This document shows, one piece after another, positions 37,471 through 50,106 of a DNA stretch of 64,000 nucleotides. The stretch lies in the NCBI RefSeq assembly GCF_009914755.1, contig NC_060933.1; one strand, 5' to 3'. The notes below the pieces were generated by a model. It ran no database searches and was not told the origin of the DNA. It saw only the letters and a program-made list of their open reading frames with translations. This stretch comes from the human T2T-CHM13v2.0 reference genome, Homo sapiens. Position 1 is the stretch's first letter; the number at the start of each line of letters is the position of its first letter. The position numbers and the translations under genes were made by a program.

Positions 37471-37960
37471 TAATGCAGGACAAGTGGGGCTCAAAGTGGG
37501 ACTTAGCCCATGAGGGTTCTTGGCTTTGCCCAGGAAATAATTCAAAGGCAAGCCAGAGGTAGAAGAAAACAGCTTTATTGAAGTGGCAGTGTTACTGCAC
37601 TGATGGTGTTACAGCTCCGTGACTGCTCCTGCAGAGCAGGGCTACCCAGTAGGCAGAAAGTAGCAGCTCAGGACAGTCTTGCAGTCGTATCTATACCCAC
37701 TTTTAATTGCATGCAGATTGAGGGATAGTTTATTAAGAAATTTCTAGGGAAGGGGTAGTAATTTTGGGGTCATTGGACCATTGCCATGGAAAGGGGTGGT
37801 AACTCCCGGGTGTTGCCATGGCAATGATAAATTGCCATGGCACACTGGTGGGCACGTCTGATTGGAAAGCTGCTTCTGCCCCAGCCCTGTTTTAGCTAGT
37901 CCTCAATCTGGTCCGGTGTCTGAACCCTGCCTCTGGAGTCAAGTCCCGCCTCCTACCTCA
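37471..37960 (-). mobile_element. ERV1-class solo LTR (MER4-group; subfamily uncertain)
   Basis: The minus strand begins TGAGGTAGGAGGCGGGACTTGACTCCAGAGGCAGGG and has AATAAA at 37574-37579. 4-bp TSD GTTT/GTTC. Confidence 0.85.
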
Positions 37961-38444
37961 GTTCCATGAGAGTTTTGGATGGTGGGTGCTCTAGTTTTTT
38001 CTCTCTCGAGTTTTGTCTCTCTTTCTTTCTCTAACAGTGACTTATACCATCATTAGATTTCTCTAGTCAATTTTCCCGGCAATGTAACAGCACTTTCATA
38101 TGTGAGGCACTGAGAAAATACTGAAAAGACAGGCAAAGGCATAACTTGGCCCTCAGGGGAATCATAAACTAACCCAGACAGATGCTTGCTTGCCCAAAAT
38201 GATCCTGTTCAGATAAAATAAGATGCAATTTGAAATCTAGCCCCTAATTCAAGTTAAAAAACAACCTCCATGGTTTTATTTATAGCTTATTTCTTGATTC
38301 CAGCACCTTTCCTGTCCAAGTAAGAACCAGTCCTCCCTCATGTGTGAAGGCACAACAACTGAGTCTGACTCACTGCCTAGCTCTATATGATGTAAACACA
38401 ATAAAAGTATATTAAGCCAACTTTGATTCAATAATACAAGCAAA

Positions 38445-38650
38445 TTTTCTTTTATTGTGGTAAAATATACATAACATAAAATTTACCATTTTAATCATTT
38501 TTAAGTGTACAGTTTTGTGACATTAGTATACTCTCATTGTTGTGCAACCATCACCACTATCCATCTCCAGCAGTCTGTAATTATCCTTGCTGAAACTCTA
38601 TACCCATTAAACATTAACTCCTCATGTCTGTCTCCCCCACCCTCCTGGTT
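38445..38650 (-). mobile_element. L1MB 3'-end fragment
   Basis: TTATTGTGGTAAAATATACATAACATAAAATTTACCATTTTAATCATTTTTAAGTGTACAG. Confidence 0.88.
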
Positions 38651-39005
38651 TAAACTTTATTTTGATGGTAAGGGTTAAAGAACATGTAGCCCTTGGAAGG
38701 CGTATGAAGCACATGCTCCAACTCTTTCTTTCTTTTTTTCAATAGTCCTTTATATCGGACCCAACACTGTGTGTATTAGTTAGGTTTCCATACCTATTTT
38801 ACAGATAGGAAACCAAGGCCTAGTAAGCTAATGTCACCCCCTTTAACTGAACACAATTCTTGCTTGGCCTTTCCTTCTTGCCTAGGTGAATTATCTGCCC
38901 ACCAAGAGTCAGATGACATTTTATGGCCTCCGTTGCTGGCTCATGCACTGCCCTGGGGTTTCTGAAATTCCAGCAGTGTGCAGGTGACTTGTAGATGATT
39001 GTATT

Positions 39006-39367
39006 TGTATTAGTCCGTTTTCACACTGCTATAAAGATACTACCTGAAACTGGGTAATTTATAAGCAAAAGAGGGTTAATTAGCTCACAGTTCTGCATGG
39101 CTGAGGAGGCCTCAGGAAACTTACAATCATGGTGGAAGGAGAAGGGGAAGCAGGTCCCTTCTTCACAAGACAGCAGGAGAGAGAGAGCTCGGGGAAACTG
39201 CCACTTTTAAACCATCAGATCTCATGAGAACTCCCTCACTATCATGAGAACAGCATGGAGGAAACCAACCCCATGATCAATCACTTCTCACCAGTTCCCT
39301 CCCTGGAGGTCTGTCCCTCCCAATTTGAGATGAGATTTGGGTGGGGACACAGAGCCAAACCATATCA
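39006..39367 (-). mobile_element. THE1D solo LTR
   Basis: TG...CA termini and THE1 motifs. Perfect 5-bp TSD GTATT at 39001-39005 and 39368-39372. Confidence 0.94.
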
Positions 39368-39624
39368 GTATTGATGGTTCTGCTGTCATTGATTCTGTTT
39401 TCCAGTTACATCAGCAAGGAACCTGGGGCTCCACCTACAGGTGTTTAACTATGAGAGAATGAGATCTCTGGTTTTAAAGGGGTTCTTAGCCTAGATTCCA
39501 GGCTTGACTCTACCTCTCAACCACGGTTCAACTTTGAGCAGATTACATGGTCTCTCTAAATCTCAGCTTCCTCACTGTAAAGGAGCTTCAGTTTCTCCAT
39601 GGTGCAACAGGGATAGTAACATGT

Positions 39625-40625
39625 TTGATGTTCCCACTTAGATATCTGATAGGCATCTCAAACTCAACAGAATGAAATTGAATTTTGATTTTTTTCCTCC
39701 TGAATTGGTTTCTTCTGCAGTCCTCTTTAGATTAATTAATGGATCTGACAGATGACATGACAGAAACCCAGAAGGAGACCTCCATTCCTTTTTTTTTCTT
39801 GATCATCAGAAAGTCCTATTTATTATGCCTGAGTTACAGTTTTGTTACGTACATCAATTTCTCTTCAATTTCACAGCCATTACCCTGGTTCAGCTCCAAA
39901 AAGGACTATGAAAATAGCCTCTCAACAGGTCTACCTGGTGCTTCTCTATCATCTTTAACAATACAAATGAGGATAAAAATAAGAATGTTTTTACAGTGCT
40001 TGGTCTGCCAGCCACTGTTCTAAGTGTATTACATATATTAATTTATTTAATCCATGTACCAGTCTTAGGCAAATCCCCTACTTAAAATTAATCCATGGCT
40101 TCTCATTGTTTTAAGAATAAAATTCAAGCTCTCTGTCTTGCTCTGCAAGATTCTGAATGATCTCACTTCTCCCTCCAATCTCTCCTCCCCAGTCTTCACC
40201 TTCACTCTTCAGAGGCTGACTACACTGCCTTCCTTTTTATTTCTCAAATATGTTCTCAAGTCTTTGCAGTTCCTGTTTTTTTCTGTTTTGTCTCCCAACT
40301 CTTTGCATGGCTAGGTTATTCCCATGCTTGAAGTCTTAGCTCATAAAATACCTCCTTGGAGAGGCCTTCCCAATCTTGTTTATCCTGTTTATGGGCCAAG
40401 AATTCTTGATCACATCATCCAGGTTATGATATGATGTGAACAATGCCTATCCCAGTTTGTATTGATCTTGTTTGTTTATTTGTGTATTTTTTTATTACCC
40501 CATTAGGCTGAAAGCTCTATGAGGGCAGAGACTTCATCTGTTTTGTTCCCTGTTCTTTTCAGCACCAAGGAGAATGCCTGGGTCCCAAGGGACTCAGTGG
40601 CTGTGGCTAGAATGAATCAGTGAAA
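39625..40625 (+). mobile_element. L2 3' region (with MIR insert ~39950-40060)
   Basis: GATATCTGATAGGCATCTCAAACTCAACA...AAGCTCTATGAGGGCAGAGACTTCATCTGTTTTGTTC...GAATGAAT. Confidence 0.75.
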
Positions 40626-40973
40626 GAATAAATCACACATGACAGAGGGCCTTTGACCTCATAAGGGTATTGGAGGATTAAAATGCATGGGATAGCCTAT
40701 TGGTTGTACTTTATGAATCAGTCACCAGCTCAGATGTTTGAAAAGAATAATTATTTTCTTTTCTGTTATTTATCATTTCCTATAGCAGTTTTAAGTCGAA
40801 AGTTTCTTTTTCTTAGACAAGCAGACATGATAACCATAGTCTTCCTCTTTCAGACCCCTCCCAGATGTGTGCCAACTCAGGAATACCTTGTAATGCCAAA
40901 ATTACATGAGGCAGGGCGATCAAGTTACTGCCAAGAACCAAGAGCCATGTCTACACAGCTCTGGGTGTAGCTC

Positions 40974-41257
40974 TTTTTTTTCTTTTCTTTTTCTTTTTTT
41001 GAGACAGGGTCTCACTCTGTCGCCCAGGCTGGAGTGCAGTGGCACAATCGTGGCTCACTGCAGCCTTGACCTCCAGGGCTGAAGTGATCCTCCCACCTCA
41101 GCCTCCTGAATAGCTGGGACTACAAGTGTGTGCCATCATGCCTGGCTAATTTTTAAATTTTTTGTAGAGACGAAGTCTCATTATGTTGCCCAGGCTGGTC
41201 TCGAACTCCTGAGCTCAAGCAATCCTCTTGTCTTGGCCTCCCAAAGTGCTGAGATTT
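40974..41257 (-). mobile_element. AluJ, 5'-truncated
   Basis: CACTGCAGCCTTGACCTCC and CTCCTGAGCTCAAGC J diagnostics. TSD GTGTAGCTC at 40965-40973 and 41260-41268. Confidence 0.93.
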
Positions 41258-42292
41258 GAGTGTAGCTCCTTAAAGAATTCAGGACCCACTCAGGTAGGGG
41301 ACCTTCGGAGACTCCTGGCATCTGCTCTGTCTGGATGGACATGCAGCCGCTTCTCTGGGATCCTGCCCCTTCCTCTGTGGCATTGCCAGGAGAGGCCCAC
41401 TGGTCTTACTCTTCCCACCCCTCCGCTAGGCTAGGGAACACTTAGGGGAGGGGGGAGCAAAGGAGGAGTCCTGCTGAACCCCTTACACCTGGCAAAGACC
41501 TCATTCCTGCTCTTCAATCCCCTAGGGTCTTGCGGCTTAGATTCCTGGGAGATGATGGTCGGGGAGATTTTCAGGCTGCCTCCATTTATCCTCCCTTGAG
41601 TCAGTGATTACAGAAAGGAAAGGAAAAACACAAGAGGAAAACCATATAATGATACATCATAAAAAATATCTAGCCAACACTCACAGAGCACCAGTTACAG
41701 TGACCACCTAATAGATATTAATTCCTACTTTTGTCACATTCCTCCCTCCCTTAAAGGTCTCACAAATGATCTGTGGAGTGAAACCCCATTGGGTCATTAA
41801 GGCTGACCAGGATGAAACAACCACTTCTCTTACCAACTTATCTGTTTCCACAGGACTCACACTGTGGGGTAGCATGTAAAGTTCTTTCTCCCATTAGAAA
41901 TTGTCCAAACAGGCATCCAGGTGACTTATCCAAACTCCACTTTTGTATGGAGTTTGGATAAATCCTCCTTTTTCTCTGCTTCCCAGAATGGTGCTATTGG
42001 GTTTGAGATATTCATATGCACAAAGTGGGGGTGACCTGCTTCAAAATCCCCGGGCCTGGGTTTATCCACATTACCAAGCTTCATCTCCCATCCTGTGTTC
42101 TCTGGTTTCCAGATGCCTTTGTTCAGGGCTTTGTATGAAGCAGATCCTCTCCAAGGACTGTTGAGAAAAGCCAAGGCCAAGGGCAATGTCCCTGTGGAGT
42201 GCCTGGAGAAAGAATTCAGGGACAATCTCCATTCTCTGTAACTCTCTTCACCGTGGTCCTACTTTACTATATATTTAGTATCTCACTGTAGG

Positions 42293-42985
42293 TTTTTTTT
42301 TTTTAAATAGACTTTGTTTTAGAGAAGTTTTATGTTCACAGTGAAATAGACCAGAAGGTATAAAGATTTCCCATATACCCCCTGCCTCCACACATGTACA
42401 GTTGATGCCATTATCAACATTCCCACCAACATGGTCCATTTGTTACATTTGATGAGCCTACATCAGTACATTATCATCACCCACAGTCCTTAGTTTACAT
42501 TAGGGTTTACTGTTGGTGTTGTACATTCTATAGACTTGGACAAATGTGTAGTTGTGTGTATCCAGCACTGTAGTATCATACGGAGTGCTGTCACTGCCCT
42601 AAACATCTTCTGTGCTCCACCTATTCATCCCTTCTTCTCCCCACTGATCTATTTAGCCTTACCTTTTCCAGAATGTCATAGAGTTGGAATCGTGTGATAT
42701 GTAGCCTTTGCACATCGGCTTCTTTTACTTAATAATATGCACTAAAGGGTCTTCCATGTCTTTTGTGGCTTGATAGCTCATTTCTTTTTAGAGCTGAATA
42801 ATATTCCTTCGTTTAGATGTACCACAGTTTATGTATTCACCTACTGAAGGTCATCTGGTTACCTCCAAATTTTGCCAATTGTGAATAAAGCTGCTGTAAA
42901 CATCTATGTGGAGCATTTTGTGTGTGAACATAGTTTTGAACTCTTTTGGGTAAATACCAAGGAGTGCATTGCTGGATCAAATGGC
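42293..42985 (-). mobile_element. L1MC1-like 3' end
   Basis: AATAGACTTTG...GTTCACAG...GATTTCCCATATACCCCCTGCC...TTTGGGTAAATACCAAGGAG. Confidence 0.88.
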
Positions 42986-42999
42986 AGACTCACTCAGTT

Positions 43000-43970
<971 letters not shown>

Positions 43971-43989
43971 AACCTGGGTCTTGTAGAAT

Positions 43990-44189
43990 AGCTCTGTCCA
44001 ATAAACTTCATGTGATGATAGAAACAGTCTATATTTGTGTTGTAGAATTATGGTAGCCACTAGCTCTATGTCACTATTAAGCACTTGTAAAGTGGCTAGT
44101 GCAACCAAGGAATTACATTTTAAATTGTATTTAATGAAATCTAAAGAGCTACCTGTGGCTGGTGGCTACCATATTGAATAGCACAGCTC
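43990..44189. mobile_element. MER3 hAT MITE
   Basis: CTGTCCAATA...ATGGTAGCCACTAGC...TAAGCACTTG...GTGGCTGGTGGCTACCATATTGAATAGCACAG. Confidence 0.85.
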
Positions 44190-45804
44190 TTGAGTTTCTG
44201 AAGTCATTGTTAGTGAGCAAAGTGTGGCCTGTGGGGCTGTAGTTAGGGGCTGGTGATGAAACGTCTTTAAAAAACAAGCAAGCCAGCAACTTCTCCCTCC
44301 ACATGATGCAGTCAACACAGTTGCATCATTTACTACCTGAAAGGGCCAAAGCTGAGCTCCAGCACCCATCTTTTCCTTTTGGACTGAAAGGAGAACTCAG
44401 TCCTGTGTGCATCTCCTATACGCTGGGACCTGGGCACTGGCTGCTGCCTCCTCTTCATCTGTGGATGTCCTCAATAGTCCTAGCCCCCAGGCATCCTCAA
44501 GAAAACATACAATGATCATACATAATTCTCATAGCTATCTTCTGTAGAAGACCCTTTTGAGTATATGTGGTTTTAGTTTTTCAAATGAGTATCAATTGCC
44601 TTGAGAGGGATCTTTACTATGGAGTAAGTAAAGAAAGGCAGGATATTATCCAATCAAAGATGCCACCCAAGAAAAAACAGTGGTACAATGGGATTTGGCT
44701 GCTCCTGGGCTGACACCAGCCTTCCTTTCAGGTGACTTTGATCCTGTGAAACACACAGAGGTAGTCATTAGTGCTACACTGGTACCCAATTCTTTCCTTC
44801 AAGACACACAAAAAGCTGTTTCCTGTCCCCCTCTGTGGTTGAGCAGAGCCATCTGACCTGATCTGGCCAATGAGATGTGATAAGTGTTTCAAGCTAGAAC
44901 AGTTCATCTTCTTTTTTTTCTTCAGAAATGAAACTTCCTCAGCTTGAGTTCTTGAGTGAAGATAGTAAAAAGAAGAATGTGTTCCAAGTGAAGGACACGT
45001 AACATGAGAAATAAACCTTTGCTGTTTTCAGCTACTGTCATTTTAGGAGTGCCTGTTACCTCGGCTGAACATAACCTGTTCTAGTGAGTGCACCTGTTTT
45101 AAGCCTAGCAAGAGGATGACTCAATGTGCTATGAAGAAACGGCATACACAGATTACAGTCCATTTAGAAAAAAAAAAAAAACAAAGGAGGAACTTATTAA
45201 AGTTGGTAACTAGGTTTCCTGAAGATTGGGTCTCTGCAATTGGATCTGCTCTTCTCTCCATAGGACTTCACTGGACCTCCAGAATCTTCTTCATGGATAT
45301 TCATTGCGTAAGATAAAGACTCAGTGCATTAGCACTGAGATTCTAATTCTGCATTAGAACTGAGAGTTAATGTAAAGTGGTGTTAAAATGAGTGTTATAT
45401 GTACACATATTTATTTTTTGATTGTTGGTTAATGTTTGCTCCCTAAACTAGACTCTAAAATCCATCATAGCAAAGACTGAATCAGTTTATCACTGTGTCC
45501 CTAAATAACTATGAATGAATGAGTGAATATATGTAGATATGTATCACTGAGCATTCCTTGAGTGTTTCAGTGGGTGTGGAGCAGCTGTCTCTGTCAAAAG
45601 GCACAGGATGTGGTGGGGTGTGGGGTGAGAAGGTTTGTGGTGTGATCCACGATCCACAGCCAGCAGATTTCCTGACTCAGAGCTCAGAAGAGAGAAACCT
45701 GCACACTTGAAATGTAACAGGAGAAATGCTTATAAGTACACTACTGTGAAGTCAAATACAATAGCATATTTCAGTGACATGAAAAATAATAAATATGCAT
45801 TATA

Positions 45805-46219
45805 TAGATTCTCCTTGATTTACGATGGAGCTACGTCCTGATAAGCCCATCACAGGTTGAAGATATCATTAAGTAGAAAATACATGTAATACACCTAACC
45901 TACCAAGCATCATAGCTTAGCTCAGCCTCCCTTAAACATCCTCAGAACACTTACCTTAGCCTACAGTTGGGCAAATTATCTGGCAACACGGCACACTCTA
46001 GGGTGTGGGTTGCTTACCCTCGTGATCACAGGGCTGGCTGGGAGCTGCAGCTCGCTGTCACTGCCCAGCATCCCAAGAGTATTGTACTGTTTATCAACAT
46101 CCTGGGGAAAGATGAAAACTCAAAATTTGAAGTTTGATTTCTACTGAATGCATTTTGCTTTCGTACCATTGTAAAGTAGACAAATCATAAGTCAAGCCAT
46201 CATAAGTTGAGGACCATCT
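45805..46219 (+). mobile_element. MER47B (Tigger5-related) MITE
   Basis: TTACGATGG...CCTGATAAGCCCATC...AATACACCTAACCTACC...GCCTACAGTTGGGCAAA...CCCTCGTGATC...CCATCATAAGTTGAGGACCATCT, with both ends present. Confidence 0.88.
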
Positions 46220-46351
46220 AAAAAACAACGCAGCTGCCTGTCTTGTTTCAGCTTTGGTCCATGTAGAATACATGTACATTTGTCTTCATTTATAAAGATG
46301 CCAATGCTAATTTAGCCAGTTGTCCCAATGCACAGCATAAGAGGTAGTTAC

Positions 46352-46568
46352 TTTTTTTTTTTTTTTTTTTTTTTGAGATAGAGGCTTGCTCTGTTGCCCA
46401 GGCTGGAGTACAGTGGTGCAATCATGGCTCACTGCAAACTGCCTCCCAGGTTCAAGCGATTCTTGTGCCTTAGCCTCCCGAGTAGCTGGGACTATAGGCA
46501 TGCGCCACTATGCCTGGCTAATTCTTGTATTTTTAGCTGAGACAAAGTTTCTCTATGTTGGCCAGGCT
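46352..46568 (-). mobile_element. AluS, 5'-truncated in left arm
   Basis: Poly-T plus right arm plus part of the left arm. TSD GAGGT(AG/GA)TTACTTT at 46341 and 46569. Confidence 0.93.
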
Positions 46569-48177
46569 GAGGTGATTACTTTTAAAACATTGTAAATGGC
46601 TTCTAAAGCAATTGTTGATAGTTATTCATCATGCAGTACTCATACACATTTATATATAAATATAAATAATTGCTTTTCAGTCCAACATTGCTATTAGTTT
46701 TTATTCAATTTCAAATTCTGGTTTTGTGACTCGTTTGTAGCATCAGCTATCTTAGCGTCATGGGTGGGCTGACTGGCCCTTTAACATCATCTGCAGCTTT
46801 TTTCAAGCCATACTGGGTGCAAAATTGACAGGTAAGTAATTGAGAAATATGGATTATACTGCAAATAATTTTAATTTTAAATTTCTCGATGGTGGAATTT
46901 GGATAAGTGTTTGTGTAATTCTTACTGTATCTTTAGAGATAGAAAAGATATATGTGGATTGATTTCTTCCTTCATGGGAAAACAGTTAAGAAGACAAGGC
47001 TAACAGAGGTAGAATGCTTTTCTATCATTTTGTATAATTCAATATCATACACCATATTATGTGATAAAGAACTGTAGATGCTATAGAAATATACAGAAAA
47101 AAGAGATGATTCAGCTGAATTAATCAGAGAAGGCTCACATGGGCCTCAGAGCTTGAGTTGGATATGGTACCCCGAAGATAAAGGGGAGGGAAACCAGACA
47201 GGTGAGCCTGTGCACATGAAATGTGGGAAGGAGTACACACAGCACATGTCCATTAAGATTAGAGGCTGTGTGGCTGTGAGTCCTCAGAAATACGGTAGGG
47301 TGGGGAGGATGGGTACAAATACCAAGAGACTAGAAAACGACTGTTGTATAGCTTTGAAAAGACTCCATACACTTCCATAGTTTGCTATGTGAGTGACATG
47401 TGTTTTGCTGTGCTAAGAACTTGCCCTGCCCCTTGGGAATGTGATGGTTCCACTTTATCAGACTCCATATGTGAGTTACTGATCTCAACCACTGGACTCC
47501 ATCATACATATAAACCTAAGAGTTTGACAGAGACTTTGGGAGCTTAGGTTGTGGCAGGGTGCACTCCGTCAGCCGCCTCTTTAAAATCTGAGAGCTCAGG
47601 CTACGGCAGGGCCACACCCTATTGGCTTTGGAGCTGATCTCTGGAGCCTCACCAGCCTACACTAGCACCTCTCAAGCACTAAGCATTCTTGCATGTCATT
47701 ATAGATCTTCACTGTGTTGTTCACTGTGTTGATTGAGCCTTCTCTTCCAAGAACCTCTTGTATAAAGCTACACCTCAAACTTTAATTAGACTTACATTCC
47801 ACCGAGGCTTGCATCTATCGTCATTGAGCAACCAGACTTTAATAATTGGACTCTAACAAAATTGAAGCTACGTGGTTACTGTACCACATTAATAGTACAC
47901 AATAATGTACACTGCACACTATATATACAGTACAGTATGCAACGTATACCATGTACAAAATAATGGTACACAATAAAGTCTATTGAGTATATTTTCAATG
48001 AGATTTGTCCTTGTTACTCTCCTCTTAAGCTTTATGAATGAAAGCAAAACTTTGTCTTTGTATGGCAAACCATGTGATTTGTGAAATCATTCTCTGATCA
48101 TCCCTTTATTTTAACTGTGCAAAAAAAAATCACCCCAAGAGGGTTGTCAGAGGCAATGGAGAGCTTTGAGAGAAAGT

Positions 48178-48703
48178 GTATCCATTGAGAAGCTTTGAGA
48201 TACAAGTAATAGAAACTTTGACTCAACTGGCTTTAAGAAAAAGAAAACATATCGTTACTTCACACAGAAGTCTGAATGTGGGGCTGGGGCTGGCTCTTTT
48301 CCCTCCATCATTCTCTGCTGGTTGGCTTGTTCTGAGGCTGGCTGTCCTCCCTGTCACAAGATGGCTGCTATGATTCCAGAAATCACATCCAAACACAACA
48401 AAGTCCAGATGACAAAGATAGGGCACTCCACCCTGGGTGGCTTTTAAAACAAAAATGAAAAATATAAAGCTTTAATCAAAGAAGCAAACCTTTCACCAAC
48501 TCCCCCAGTAGACTTTTCTTCCTATTCATCGCCCAGAGTTACACCACATGTGTATGCCTAAAACAGTTACTGGAAGGGGAATGGGGTCCTATGGGAGTAC
48601 AGCTGGAACCACCTCCCTTGAAACCCAAGGTCAGACAGAAGAAAGTGGGTCCCTGAATACATTTGTATTCTCTTAGGAGAAAGGAAGGGGAATTGACTAT
48701 TGG
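48178..48703 (-). mobile_element. MLT1J/K-like MaLR LTR
   Basis: CAAGTAATAGAAAC...ACTCAACTGGCTTTAAG...CACAAGATGGCTGC...CCCCAGTAGACTT...CACATG...CCTAAAACAGTTACTGG. Confidence 0.7.
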
Positions 48704-50106
48704 CAAGGTAGCTCAGGTTTTATATGGCTCGCTGCTCATGTATTTTAGGGTCCTCTTTAAGAAAAGGCATACAAACTTATAAATGCAAAATTAGGAATGA
48801 AAAAAGAATATTTTCATAGACTGAGAAAGGAAACCGTAACAAATTACAAAATAAAAAAATGGTAAAATGTCATAAAAAATCTAAAGATGTAAAATGACTT
48901 TTCAAATAATTGCCTGGGGTATTCCTATGACTTTTTTCCTGCTTTTTATTTGAGGCAGGGGCTATATAGTCTTTAAAAGTCTCTTCACATGACAGTGATT
49001 TTGCATATCATCTTCTATATCATGATAGAAATATAATTCAGTTTTTCCTTGACATGGTAAATCAAATAAAAAAAATTGATGGTTTAAGAAAGTTCCTTTC
49101 AGCCTGATGCCTTCCTGGGGGTAAGGTGAGGTAAAGATTTAGGGTTGTTGCTAACGTTGCACAAACCTCCATCCAGCTTCTTTCATACATGAGTTTGTAA
49201 GAGCTCTCAGATTTCAAGCTGTCTTATGTGTTGACTAATCTCAAATACTCTTTTCAATCATTACACTCATCAAACATTTGATCGTCAATGTCCTCACTGT
49301 AATGTGTATTATGAGGTTTGGGCTAAACTTGTTGACATTGGTATTTTGTGCCAAATCAGCAAGAAATTAAAATTGTTTCCGTTGTGTCCACATGATTCAA
49401 ATTATTAATCAAATTATCAAATAATCCAAGAGCCTATTTATCACTTTTATTCAAAATCTGTCTTTTCTTCCTAATGTATTACTGTTTTGTATTTATTTAT
49501 TTGTTATTATGTAGAGTTGATTTAAATGTAGGAATACATGTGAGTTTTCAGGGGTTTTTTTAGGAGATACAGTTTAATTTTATTTATTTTAAATTTTTAT
49601 TTATTTTTGACCCATAATTGTCCATATTTATAGGGTATATAGTGATGTTTCAATACATACACTGCATAGTGATCAGAGCAGGGTAATTAGCATATCCATC
49701 ATCTCAAACATTTATAATTTCTTTGCATTACTGCTTTTTATTCCCCAAAATGTTCTGAGTATAATCAAAACAGTTTCTAAACCTCACTATTTGCTTTCAA
49801 CCAATGCGGGCACCTTTAAGTAAACCACACAAACATGTTCCACTGAACCCGAACTGAATGTATCACCAACTCCACTTCCCTTTATGAGCATATCATAAAA
49901 GACCTGCAGACACCCCACCGCCATTCAACATGAGGGAAACGGGTGAAAAATGACAGGGGTCACAACCACGGTGGTTAAAATATCTTACACAAACATGTAA
50001 CCTTGTCAGTGAAATGCTCGCCTCTTCCTGGGCCTTGGAAAGGAGCCCAGGCAAGTGAGTGCGCTTGGAACTCCAACCTCAGGAGCTTCATCCTGATCGC
50101 CCTCTG
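48704..50106 (-). mobile_element. Zaphod/MER115-like hAT-Tip100 DNA transposon with transposase remnant
   Basis: Ends CAGGTTTT...GGTCCTCTTTAAGAAAA and GGGCCTTGGAA...GCAAGTGAG...CGCCCTCTG. The minus strand at 49199-49083 translates YKLMYERSWMEVCATLATTLNLYLTLPPGRHQAERNFLK, then (frameshifted) KEKLNYISI...IEDD...KSLSCEE, which is the hAT C-terminal dimerisation domain. Confidence 0.8.
49576..49724 (-). mobile_element. L1MA-type 3'-end fragment inside the hAT element
   Basis: ATAATTGTCCATATTTATAGGGTATATAGTGATGTTTCAATACATA...TGATCAGAGCAGGGTAATTAGCATATCCATCATCTCAAACATTTAT. Confidence 0.85.
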
